A DNA stretch of 63,995 nucleotides, the filler included, from Porpidia crustulata (Eukaryota): assembly GCA_964255105.1 (NCBI GenBank). It is 3 parts of 3 records of this genome, joined end to end, with 100 filler letters (N's around TTAATTAATTAA, not from the genome) between each part and the next. Parts side by side here need not be neighbours in the genome. Positions count along the whole stretch, not along the records: positions 21,850 to 43,582 come from CAXUWE010000098.1; 2 more parts are not named here. One strand, written 5' to 3'. The notes beneath the pieces were generated by a model that was given only the letters and a program-made list of their open reading frames with translations, searched no databases and was not told where the DNA came from. Each line of letters starts with the position of its first letter. Within the stretch, counting starts at the first letter, position 1. Positions 23,050-35,037 of the stretch are shown here, piece by piece. The translations under genes were made by a program, and so were the position numbers.

Positions 23050-24937
23050 ATGGCATTTGTACACGCCGGGACGATTGGGTGGCATGAAGGAGAAAAAAAG
23101 ATGCATTCGCTACTTCACGTGCCAAATCAAGATAATCCAACTGCCCCGGGGTTGACGTCTTATGGAGCACATATGCTTCAATTAGCTCCGGTCATGGCAA
23201 TTGGCACGTTGGACGACGATCACCTCCCATGGACGACGTTGCTAGGTGGCGAGCCCGGATTTGTCAGACCGCTAGGAAACTCCATGATCGGTATCAGAAC
23301 ATTGGTCGTACCGCAATACGATCCCGTCATCCAGCTCCTGGTAGGCGATGAGAATAATGGCGAAGTCAAAGAGAGCAAGAACAACAGCCGGATATTCTCA
23401 GGTTTAGCTATAGATCTGGCTACAAGGTCCCGAGTCAAGATAGCCGGAAGAATGGTTGCAGGCTCCTTAGGGAGTGTTGGTACTACCCCTGCAACTATTG
23501 ACGATGGCGTTGGAGAAGCCCAGCTTGTTCTCAAGATTGAACAGAGTTTGGGTATAAGAATCTCTTGCATTGCTTCGTTTGATTCATCATCTGAAATTAA
23601 TAACAGGGAATTGCCCGAAATATCTCAACAAAAAGAGAATCCTCGCCTGCTCGCCTGAGCCCACGTTGACGTCCGATTCACTTCCTCTACCTGATCTAGC
23701 TGTGACGTTATTAGCAAGAGCGGACCTTTTTTTCATTTCGTCTTCCAACCATGAGTCGAATATGGGTACCAATCATAGAGGTGGTCCACCAGGTTTCATC
23801 CGTATAATTAAAAATGATGCCTCCGGTACGACGCTGGCATATCCGGAATACTCTGGCAACCGCCTCTATCAGACCTTAGGCAATCTTCAGACTACTCCGA
23901 AGGCTGGACTTATGTTCCCCGACTTTGAAAGTGGCGATGTGCTCTATATGACCGGTACCACTGAGATTGTGGTTGGTCAAGAGGCAGCCGCACTTCTGCC
24001 TCGGTCCAACCTGGCTGTCAAAGTGAACCTCCATGCAGCACGCTTTGTACGTAAGGGACTCTCTTTTCGGGGCGTACCAGGCGAATTTTCTCCTTATAAC
24101 CCTCCAGTACGTTTCCTTGGTTCGGAACGTGCGCTGCCTAACTTACAAGCCAACGACAAAGATATTGTGTACGCGAAGCTTGTAGGAAAGGACCTAATCA
24201 CTCCTACGATTGCACGATTCCGATTCAGTGTGAGTGGTCCGGAATCGGCAGGGCGGTGGAAGCCGGGCCAGTATGTAGCGCTGGCTTTCGAGCAGGACCT
24301 TAGTGCAGGGTACAGCCATATGCGAGATGACGACCCTAGAAGTCTAAACGATGACTACGTCCGTACCTTTACAGTCTCCTCCCCACCAGGAGATGTTCTC
24401 CCTCTGGACGAATTCGAGATTACCATTCGTAATGTGGGGGTAGTCACAAGTTTCTTATTCAGGCAACACGTGCGGGCTGAAGTTGAGATTCTTCTACGAG
24501 GATTTAGCGGTAGTTTTGCCATAAATCAAAGAGCTGGAGAAATGATTCCGTTCGTCGCTGGTGGTATTGGTATCACGCCCTTACTCTCTCAGCTACCTGG
24601 TCTGGATATCAAATTTCTCCGATTGTTCTGGACCCTTAATATCCGAGATATCGGGCTTGCCAGTGATATTTTGGAAAGACACTCTTCTTTGGCTGCTTCA
24701 ACCAAGATCTTTGTCTCTGGCGTCACCAATGCAACGAATGGAGAAGACAATGACATCTTAGGTAGCATCAGGACCTTAGGTTGCCAAGTGGTTACTCGGC
24801 GCATGCTACCTCACGATGTTCAGAAGAATCGAGATCTCTATTCGAAATGGTATATTTGCACTGGCACTGAGCTACGAAAGTCTCTCTTGTCGTGGCTGGC
24901 CAATGAAGAAGTGCACTACGAGGATTTCAATTATTAG
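23050..24937 (+). CDS. Pyridoxamine 5'-phosphate oxidase-like FMN-binding domains fused to an FAD/NAD(P)-binding ferredoxin-reductase-type oxidoreductase; intron 23552-23606
   Basis: WHEGE, GTLDDDHLPW, GNCPKY across the splice junction, NHRGGPPGF, YPEYSGNRLYQTLGN, PGQYV, RTFTVSS and AGGIGITP. Confidence 0.88.
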
Positions 24938-25676
24938 ACAACATTTCGAAACGAACGTGGTTACACGGGCCTCTCACAGGGTACATGAAGTTTCTCCTTG
25001 TCTTTATCAGTTGCTTATCTTGAATCTCTATCATCAGCTTGTTGAGGTCCGTACGTTTAAAAGGCGAAAATCTCCAACTTTGCCCACGCGCGAAACTTAC
25101 CCGCGCCTCAGAATTGTTCCCTTGCAAGCGACACGCGACGAGGTCGGGCAGAAAACCTCACATCTGTCAGCCTGATGGAGGTTTCCGTTTATTCCCGTTT
25201 ACTTCAACGTTCAAAGTATCTTACTTACCTTTACGGCACACCGGCGCCACCCGTTCTGCTGATCTATGCGGTTGGGTAAGGACTTCATTAAGCCCCATCG
25301 ATGCTGTGGACCCCCAACTAGCTCTAAGCTTCGGCTCTCAACATGTCTTGGTGCCCTGACAGCTACAGAGCCGTTTGGGGTTGGCGGGTAATGTCGCCAC
25401 AGCAAAGCATCGCGTTATCGGAAGGAAAATATTTCGGGAGGAAGTTCCATGACGGCTGCACGGCGAATTGCGGTATTACAATTTGCATCATCTACTACTA
25501 ATGTTGAAGACGCTAGGGGCGAATTCATAAGGTATATATGAATTGATTCTGACGTTTATATTCGAGGCTCACTACATATAATATAAGCTTGGCTGTTGGT
25601 GAATCTTTGCCATCTCACATACCAACTGAACCAACTAATCATATCTTACAAGCATATATCACATACTACCTCAACC

Positions 25677-26543
25677 ATGCATGTCTCTCTCCTGTCACTT
25701 CTCCTCCTGCTAGTACAATATATGACCATCGCATCGGCTGCACCAGCCGTGCCGGTTACACCAGAAAACTTCCCGCAAATCTTGAGCGATCTGGTCATTC
25801 CGCAAGCGCAGCAAAACTCCACAGCTGCAGTAACGGCGAATCGCCCAAGAAACCGGAGCATCAGACGAGCGCTAGGGGGATTTTTAGCTCCTTCCACAGC
25901 AGCGGATGGATTGAAGACGAAGAACGAGGCACCGACCGTCATGATCCCATCCAGCGAAAAACACATCGACCAATCCCAGATCGCCAGGGCCGCACCTATA
26001 AGGCGGCAGCCCCGTATCCGCGGCTCCAACGGACCCGCCACCAGCAACTCCGCCATCATCAAGTGAGTCAGGTCTCGCAGGCCCTGCTTCGACTTTCACG
26101 ATTTCCCACTCTCCTGACAACACCAGCCGCACAGGCGATCCCAGCCAAGCTACCACGTCCCCGACACGAGCATCATCCTAATCTTCCGGCTCGGCGTGCC
26201 GATGCACCACGACCCGCTGGGCCGCGGCCTCGCGTCCGCGATGCTGTACGTGCAGAACGTGCTCGACGTCAGCGGCGACGGGCCCTTACCGCGCGCCCAC
26301 GATCCATTCGTGTACCGGGGCCAGCAGAGCGGGTTCTTGCTCGTGCTGCGCTCGCGCAACGATCGCGCCGACCGGTTGACGTGGGGGGAGGTGTTTGACG
26401 TCGTGATTGGCCTGTGGAATTATTTGTACCTGGGGCAGGTGTATCACCAGACTGGGTTTGATATCGTGGACAGTGCTCGGGGACAAATTGGGTTGGGGGC
26501 TTTGACTCAGCAGCCTCTGGTTCATGGAAACTTTACTCGGTGA
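25677..26543 (+). CDS. Secreted pre-pro-protein of unknown function; intron 26063-26134
   Basis: Hydrophobic signal peptide MHVSLLSLLLLLVQYMTIASA-AP; a GTGAGT...CAG intron joins in frame to ORF 26196..26543 and creates a KR site. Confidence 0.75.
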
Positions 26544-27488
26544 GGATTCTGATCATTGGCATTTACGGCGCGGCCTTGGGGACCATTTTGCATTTCCCGG
26601 CGTTCAAAAAAAACATAAACTATGGACTCATGATACCCCGGTGGGACGAGTCAGCGAGGCTTATCGGCTTAAGACTCGTGGTGGTGCTTAGCACAGTTTA
26701 ATCATTAATCAAAAATGATACCAAGACGGCGGTTCGTGCAGTTAAGATATTTCAATGCTAACGAAGATCATCCATCGTCGAAGATTCGCCTCGTCACTAC
26801 TGAACACACTTGATCACCGTGCAGGATTTACGGTCAACAGGGTAGGATTTACGGACTTGTCGAGTCAAAGTCCTTTCTCGAAACAAATCCCAGAACCCAT
26901 CCTATTCCTATCACAATCCCCTTTCACCCCAAAAACCTTCATGCAAAACTTCGGCGAAAAGTGACCGATGATCCGTAACCGTAAATCTCCAAAAATCACT
27001 CACTCACTTCCTGCGTCGAACACACACGGCTTGTAATCAATTGAGGATTCTTTGTTTCTCTATATATGAGAATTATTAGAGAATTGAAGATGTTTAGCAA
27101 CCTGGCATATCTTGGTGGGGGATGTTGGGTCTAAATCGCGTGGGATATGTGGGGTTGTTTGAATTTTTGTTGGGAAGGATATGTGGGAATGGGAATATGA
27201 GGTTTGGGGTCGGTTAGGGTGTGGGATTTGAATGGGTGGGTTTTACGGAGATACTTGATGCGTTGGGAATGAGAGAGATAGGATAGAGATCATATTTCTA
27301 GATTTGAGGAGATAGACTGGAGTAATCCTTACTAGAATTTACCTGTCGACCCCCCAAATGCTAATCTTAACGTCAAATGTCCTATGAGCTGATATCAAAA
27401 TGCCGGTCAACATGAGAGACATACTCGTGCAGCTACATTTTGATATCCCAAGGAAGTATCGAGTTACTTGTAGCATAGCCCCTCCCCA

Positions 27489-29181
27489 TCATGTCTGGAA
27501 TCTCCATCTTGGATCGTCGTCTCCCAGCCACTCGCCATGATGTAAACCAATCGTTCTGTCACTGCCACCAACACTGTCGCGTCTAGCATTCGCCGCCCTG
27601 AGAACTGCCCAAAGCGTACCGACAACGACGACATTCGCAGCCAGATATCCCAAGGCAAAACCGTGGCCCACGAAGAACCGCGGCCCGTCCGTGCTCCTAT
27701 ATAATTGCGTACCCAGCACCGCTCCCAAGTTCCCAATGGATATCTGCATGGCATTCGCCGTCGCCCGCTTGGTCTGACCACTGACGTTATTTGCAGGCCA
27801 TGAAAGTACGATGGCAGTGGCAGGGTAGATGCCGGCCGCTGCGAAGATGATGCCGACGTAGCTGCTCCCGGCTTTCCTGGCTGAAAGTAATATGATGTAG
27901 CCGATAATGGCCAGCGATGAGGAGCCAATGATGAACGGCGCTCTGATTTTGAACTTTTCGGAAGCGATGGCTACCGACAGTGTGAGTACGAATGCCACGG
28001 CGTAGGGTGGAACAGTGAGGAGCTGAGCTTGGGCGGCTGTGTAGCCGAGCTCCTTGATGATGGTTGGCAGGAATAGCGAAAGCGTGTAAAGGGGTAGACT
28101 TAAGGTGTGGAATCCGAGTCCGTAAAGCCATACTTTGGGGTCGCGAAGCGCGCGGCGCACGTTGTGCCATGTGAAAGCTTCGTCCCGAGTCGCGTCGTTG
28201 TTGGATCTAAGGCGAGCGATGATACATGCGCGCTCTTTCTCTGTTAGGAACTTCGCGGTCGCAGGATAGTTGTTGATGAAGAAATAGGCGATCAGGGACA
28301 CAACAACTGTCAGGATTCCCTCCAGGATAAAGATCCATCGCCACCCATTCAAACCACCCACGCCTTTCATGTGCGCAATTCCCTAGATTCGGTAAATTAG
28401 CCTTAGTTTGCCGCTTTTTGAGGTTCATCCCTCACGTATGCGAGGACGCCCCCGAATGCACCAGCTAACGATGCAGCGCTGAAGAACAGCGAAACTCGAT
28501 AATGCTGCTCTTCTCGCTTGTACCACATGGACAAGTAAAACACTACGCCCGGAAAGAGCCCACTCTCCGTCATACCTAGAAAGAATCGCGCGGCAAAGAA
28601 GCCTCCCATATTTTGCACGACGCCGAGAAGCGTAGCCACAATGCCCCAGGCGAGCGTCAATGTTGGAAGCCATCTTCGGGGTGAAGTCAGCTTAAGCGCC
28701 ACGTTACAGGGAATCTATCTCGATCAGCAAAGACTCGCTGCGGGTTGGGTATTGAATTACTTCGAATAAGACGTATCCGATGAAATACAGTGTCAGGCCT
28801 GTTAGGTATTGATTGCCCGCTATACAAGTCTTCAGCTGGGTAGTCTTCACCAAAACCGCAGCTACCGACTCATGTGTAAATCATTGACCAGTCCTTCCAC
28901 TCGCGCATTTCCCACTAGAGATCGATCAGCTAATTTCAGTATTTATCGGGGCAATTGTAGTAGTTACCATTACTGCGATCCAGGAAAGAGAGCAGGTAAA
29001 GTAATGTAAGAGCCGGTAGGAGCTTCAAGTCTAGCTTCCGCAGCAACGCTTTCTCGTTCACTCCATAGGTAGCTTCAAGGTCCTCATCAGGCTCGAGAAT
29101 TGGAGCAATCGGGGCATCCTTCTCGTGCGACACAGTGTCATTCACATTCGGAGAAGCAAGATATTTCTCAGCAATAACCAT
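27489..29181 (-). CDS. MFS transporter, anion:cation symporter/allantoate-nicotinate permease family, multi-exon
   Basis: KLDLKLLP...SFLDRSNVGNAR, ARFFLGMTESGLFPG, WYKREE, GWRWIFILEG, AQLLTVPPY and NNVSGQTKRA, spread over intron-separated ORFs. Confidence 0.92.
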
Positions 29182-30122
29182 TGTTTACTAAATTGAACAA
29201 GTGAAAAAACACATTGAAAGAGGATGCAGCATGAACTTGTACCAAACGTAGGCCACCAGGTTGCCTACCACCTGCATAACGGGATGGGTAGACGAATGGG
29301 AAGAATCTAGACCCTGCTCGTCGATATCCGGGGCTATAGCACACAAACGGTGATAGCGATGACATGGCGGCACACTTTATCAATAGTGCCATGATGTAAA
29401 GTTGGATTCAGCGAGTAAGAAAAGCATTGACTTGTGATGAGATGCTCTACCAACCTGGCCAGACGGGATGTTCGTAATTGACGCGAGAAACGTAGCTGAT
29501 GTCGTGATGATCGCCATCCCTTTTGGGTGTTCATCCACACCGTTGCATTATCACTGCTCCTAAGCTCCTTCAAATCTGATAAGCCACAAAGGAAAGACGG
29601 CCGGAACATTCAGCGATCAGATGGCATGCTAGGAAGACGAAATGGACCAAGGGTGAGTGACATTTTGTAACAGGGCTCACGACACAAATAACCACAGCTG
29701 CGAGGAAGGTCGATGTTGTAAGTCCCTCATTTCTGGACTTTGGGGTGTATCGACCGCATATAGGACGCTCTTCCCAGCTGCACAATTCAAAATCGTAAAG
29801 ATCAATGGCAGATCTATCTGAGTTCGAGCTTTGAAGCTCTCAAACTTACTGTGTTACTGCGACTGATGGCTGCGACTGATCTGTGGGTAGAAGCAACTAA
29901 TGATCTTATCTTATCTTGATCAGATCTAAGCGTATTTGGAGGTGAGCAAGAACACTAAGCCTTATTGAGAATAGTCTGCCAAGCTTCGGTGGTGTGGTAT
30001 GCCGACAAAAACTTGTCGCGAGGCTATTTTTCGCGATTTGAAAACCCACAAACATCCCGATAGTCCGTTCTGCGTTCCGGTTTCCTGGCTGACTGGCGAT
30101 CACCAGCAGCAGATCCACGGTG

Positions 30123-31739
30123 ATGGGAAGTGTCACTGTTCTTTTGGGCTCCCAATGGGGTAACTTGATGCGGATTCTAGAAAAATGTCCGGCGTTTATG
30201 CTAACTCCGATGCAGGTGACGAAGGCGTGCGTAATATCGCACGTCAACTCTATTTCTCGTCCGCTAATCTGATAACTTCTCATCATACAGAAGGGCAAAT
30301 TGACAGACTACCTCCTTTCCACAAATAAGTTCGACGTTTGCGCAAGAGCCCAAGGCGGTCACAATGCCGGGCACTCTGTCAAGACAGGCGGTCAAACTTA
30401 CAGCTTCCACCTCCTGCCGTCGGGCTTGATAAGCCCAAACACAGATAATCTGATAGGTTCGGGTGTCGTTTTCAATGTCGAAGCATTCTTCAAGGAAGTC
30501 GCCGATTTAGAGTCCAAAGGTGTGCCTCGTGTTCATGAGCGTATTCACGTCAGCTCCCGTTGCTTCCTCAATTTCGAGCTTCACTCCATAGTAGACGCCT
30601 TACAAGAAGAAGAACTTGGCAAAGACTCGCGGGGAACTACCAAAAAAGGCATTGGACCAGCCTACAGCAGTGCCGTGGCAAGAGAGAACTTGAGAGTTGT
30701 CGACATATACCATGACTCATTCGAGCAAAAGCTACGCTTGCTCGCCGAAGGCTATCGAAAGCGATACGGGTCGCTTCTCCAATACTCTGTAGACGCTGAA
30801 GTTCAAAGGTTTAAAGCCTACAGGGATCAATTGCATCCTTTCATAGTCGATGCTGTGGATTATATGAAGATTACGCGAGAGAAGAAGCGCACTGTCCTTG
30901 TGGAGAGCTCTCAGTGTGTATTCCCAGTTTAAGCCCAAGGCTCGAAGTCACTCTCTAATTTCTATATGCTCCCAGAGCATTGCTCCTTGATCAGACATAC
31001 GGAACATATCCCTTTTGCACCTCGAGCATCTGCTCAATCGGGTAAATTACCACCATGCTCAACAGAAGTGCAACGCAAGCTCTAACGTCTTTTAGTGGAT
31101 GCATCTCCGGGCTAGCACTTAATCCTTTCGATATCAAGAATGTAATTGGGGTGGTCAAATCCTACACCACTAGAGTCGGAGGTAAGCTTGCTTTCGTTGA
31201 AACAGGCTTCAAACTGAATTCCAGGTAGCCGGGCCCATGCCTTCCGAGCAACATGGAGAGATAGGCAACATATTACAAACAACGGGTAGAGAAATTGGCG
31301 TTAGCACCGGCAGACGAAGGAGGACTGGTATGTAACCCTCATGTATGCGTCAAGAGTGACAAGCGTTAATGTCCAACTAGGCTGGCTCGATCTTGTGGTT
31401 TTGAAACACTCCGCCGCGGTAAATCACTACACTTCCATCAATCTCACCAAACTCGACGTCCTCGACCAGATATCACCAATTCGCGTGGCTGTAGCATACC
31501 ATACAGCCAACGGCGAGAAGCTTACCAGCTTTCCCGCTGACTTGAGTCTCCTCGAAAATTGCACCGTGGATTATGTTGACCTAAAAGGTTGGATGTGTGA
31601 GACGCAAAAGGCACGAAGCTGGACCGACCTGCCCACAGAAGCAAAAGAGTACATCGAATTTATCGAAACTTCGATTGGTGTCAGCATCGACTGGATTGGA
31701 GTCGGTCCAGATCGCGAAGATATGGTTATTCGGAAATGA
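30123..31739 (+). CDS. ADE12: Adenylosuccinate synthetase, 7 exons including an 11-nt micro-exon (30216-30226)
   Basis: Spliced QWGDEGKGK P-loop, [45 protein letters not shown] and WIGVGPDR. Confidence 0.93.
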
Positions 31740-32770
31740 TTCTGATGGAATCTTGCAATAAGACGTGTTTCAAATAGACTTTATTCGAAAGATTCTCGTA
31801 AATACTGTTGAATATTCAGGATGGAAACCATTTATTTTGACATGTGTGAATATTATCGTGTTTCGAAACCCACTCTCAATATCTACTTACAATCCCTTAT
31901 CATCACGAATGTCTAAAAATTTTAACAAAGACTTTGCCCATGGAGAACGGATGTCCATCGAAGAGATAATCGAGCAAGCCCAACCACTGGAGGACCTTTA
32001 CCCAAACCCGTTACTACCATCGATTTGCGACCCCCCAACGATTGTGGTATCAATTTAGAAGGCCGAAACTTCTGTCAGTGTGCACGACCTCTTTCGAACA
32101 TTGCTCAAACCTAAAATCTCCAATAAGATGGCTCCAATTATTCTTGAAAAATGGAATTTCGTATGATATCTGTACTCACACGTTTCTCATGTACTTCCTT
32201 TAGTAAGAAAGAATATCTACAAGGCTCCTCCGAAGGCGTATCGAGGAGATGATACCTCTACACCAAGTGGACCCCATGCCGAACTACGTTTCTATATTTC
32301 GTTCTCCTATATGAGGACATCTCGCTTCGCTAAACATCCTCATTATTATAGGTGCATACAATCAATATATACCGTTGAACGCGGAAATTGAGCCTGATGA
32401 AGATACTATGTAGTATTGCGTACAGTACTGAATGAAGCATAGTGTGATGAAGCAATAGACTGCGTTATGAAATCATGTGAAGAAGATATGGTTCTTAAGA
32501 TCGAGCAGGGTAACGAGCTTGATTGTCTAGTGAATAGATCAAGCTTTGAACTGAGCAATGGATGAGGCCTGGTATGAGACATGATATGAGAATGTGCATG
32601 GTCGATAGATCTGCATCCTATGTAACGATGTTGCGATGCAGGTCCCTCGTCTCGTGGATGATCAAGACGAGCACAACTAATCGTTGAAAAATAGTAAAAA
32701 CTTGATGGAAATATAATCGGCAGCCTTATGATCAGGACTCATGCTCCAGCGATGCCACCAGAAATCCCAC

Positions 32771-33532
32771 CTACCTATCCGACAAACTATTAGAGTCCTC
32801 GCTTGGCACATTAGACGCACCCTTCTTGCTGTCCAGTAGCTCCGCCTGTCGCTTGAGTATATCACTCCTCCTCTTCAAAATATCCGCTTGGAACCCCCGG
32901 ATGGCTTTCTCGACCCGGGCTTTCGTCCCCGGGTCCTCCGATATCATCGCCTTCGCAGCGTACGTCCCCCACAACATGCCTGCAATCCGACCGAATATTA
33001 TGCCGGTCATGCCAAAAAGCGTATATAAGATGATGCCACCCTGTACCGTGGGACGCAATGGTATTTTGACCTCCGGAGCGATTTCTATAGCGACAGGGGT
33101 GTGAGCTTGCACGTGGTGTGGGTCAGGGAAAAGAGGGTGGAGGGGGCCCTGGACGGGGCGACGCACCTTTATGTCCATTGACAAAATTGGGATGGGTGGG
33201 TTTCCGTGTCGCTCGAAAGGCGTTGAATGCTTCGAGACGGGTGGAGCGGGACCGGTGAACGAGGATGACGCTGAGGCCTAGCCCTAGGACTATTCCAACG
33301 CGCTTGAACTTATAGATCTTGCTCGCTGAGGCCTCGAGAGTGTCGCGGTCGGTTTGGGTCAAGCTGTGCGAAGATTCGGAAGTCAGCACTGCTAATGTCC
33401 TTATGTGAGAGCTACTTTTGTGGCTGTGAAGCTTCATCGCAAGGTGCAAACAGGGGCGTACTCATGTTGAAGGTGCTGCTCTGCCACTCCGCGAAGATCG
33501 TCTTCAAGGAAGTTGAGGATATCAGAAGACAT
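32771..33532 (-). CDS. Conserved fungal hypothetical membrane protein, 3 exons (introns 33461-33364 and 33166-33085)
   Basis: Splicing joins MSSDIL...EQHLQHDLTQTDRDTL...AFRATRKPTH... to ...DPGTKARVEKAIRGFQADIL; two hydrophobic segments; canonical splice sites. Confidence 0.65.
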
Positions 33533-34000
33533 GCTTGAAGAGAAGGCAATTTTCGGTCAGGAAGCCTCATCACATAAGCCGATAGTGCATCAAAAATTGT
33601 TTAATGTCGGTGGTTGAGCTCGTAAATAAGGTCATTGTATGACGTCATCCCAGACTCTTTGCCGATGTGTAGATATCTTATGCAAATGCACAACGGTATG
33701 TCTACTTCTTCGCAATGGGGTAGATATTGAAATCAGAAGACAGCGAGCCCGAATGTCTACTTCCCATCATGATTTGTGGGTCGCTTGGGATTCTTAAGCT
33801 CATACGTATTCGAAAGTGAAATTGGCGTTTTCCATCGTGAACATGAGTCAAAGCCTCACGTGCTTAACATGCGTGGCAGGTACGACGAGTTCGGATAAAG
33901 GTTAATCCTAGCTAGCAATGCATCCATACACAATAGAGCATAGCAACTAGGTGGAAGTTCGCCATATCAACCACTTCCAATATATCACTATCTCCTAAGT

Positions 34001-35037
34001 ATGTCACAAGATCCACAAGCTCTTCTTCGGGATGTGAGTACTCAAGATGGATGTGATACTTCAGCCGCTGAGACGTTTACTGTAGGCAGACAAAGCTGCC
34101 CAGAATGCTTCCGGAGGATTCAGCTTGTTCGGAGGGCGCACAGAAAAGCATGAACTGGCTGCTGAGTTATACACGAAAGCAGCAGTAAGTTGATCATCAC
34201 GAAGTTCCTGTTATACCACAGCTAATGTCATCAGAATGCCTTCCGAATGCAAAAGCAGGGTATGTACTCGATCTACGCAGAACAGCATACTGTAGGACAC
34301 TGAATAACACCTTAGTAGGCACCCAAGCTGGCCGCGCATTAGAAAAGGCGGCGTCTATACAAAACTCGAAACTGAGCGAACCCGGTGATGCTGCGAACAC
34401 TCTCACAGAAGCCTTCAAAGCCTACCGGAAATCAGACCCCGAGGATGCTGCCAGGGTATTGAGCCAAGTGGTCTCACACTACACCTCAACCGGCAACTTC
34501 AGAAGAGCGGCTGGGCAGATGGAGAGTCTCGGGAGCCTGTACGAAGAAATGGATGATCGAAAACGAGCCCTTGAATCATACTCGACCGCTGCGTCTTGGT
34601 ACGAGGACGACAACGCCGAAGCTTTGTCGAATAAACTTTATCTCAAGGCTGCCGATTTGGGGGCATTGGATGGCAACTACCACCCAGCCATTGAGAACTA
34701 CGAACGAGTAGCAAAAAGCTCTATCGCCAGCAACCTCATGAAATGGAGTGTGAAAGACTACCTGTTCAAAGCTGGGCTTTGTCATTTGGCATCAGGCGAC
34801 ATGGTTGGCGTCAGCCGCGCACTTCAGGGATACCGAGATCTGGACCCTACCTTTGCGTCTACAAGAGAGCATCAGCTACTAGTTGATTTAGCCGATGCTG
34901 TGGAGCAAGGGGATCAAGAAGTGTTTGCTGATAAGCTATTCCAATTTGATCAGATGAGTAAACTAGACAAGTGGAAAACGACGATTCTTTTGCAAATCAA
35001 GAACAGCATAGAAGAAAAAGGCGAAGACTTCTCATGA
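34001..35037 (+). CDS. SEC17: Alpha-SNAP vesicle fusion protein, with 5' introns
   Basis: MSQDPQALL...GFSLFGGRTEK; NLMKWSVKDY, LDPTFASTRE and DQMSKLDKWKTTILL. Confidence 0.95.

Noticed and set aside
25589..26398. 269-aa Arg/Pro/Ala-rich ORF
   Set aside because: Alternative frame over the GC-rich secreted-protein gene; the spliced frame has the signal peptide and canonical splice sites.
27489..29181. MFS transporter as the cluster exporter
   Set aside because: It belongs to the ACS nutrient-uptake family, lies 9 kb away and is beyond an assembly gap.
32771..33449. Apparent frameshift or pseudogene between two overlapping minus ORFs
   Set aside because: Resolved by the canonical intron 33166-33085.
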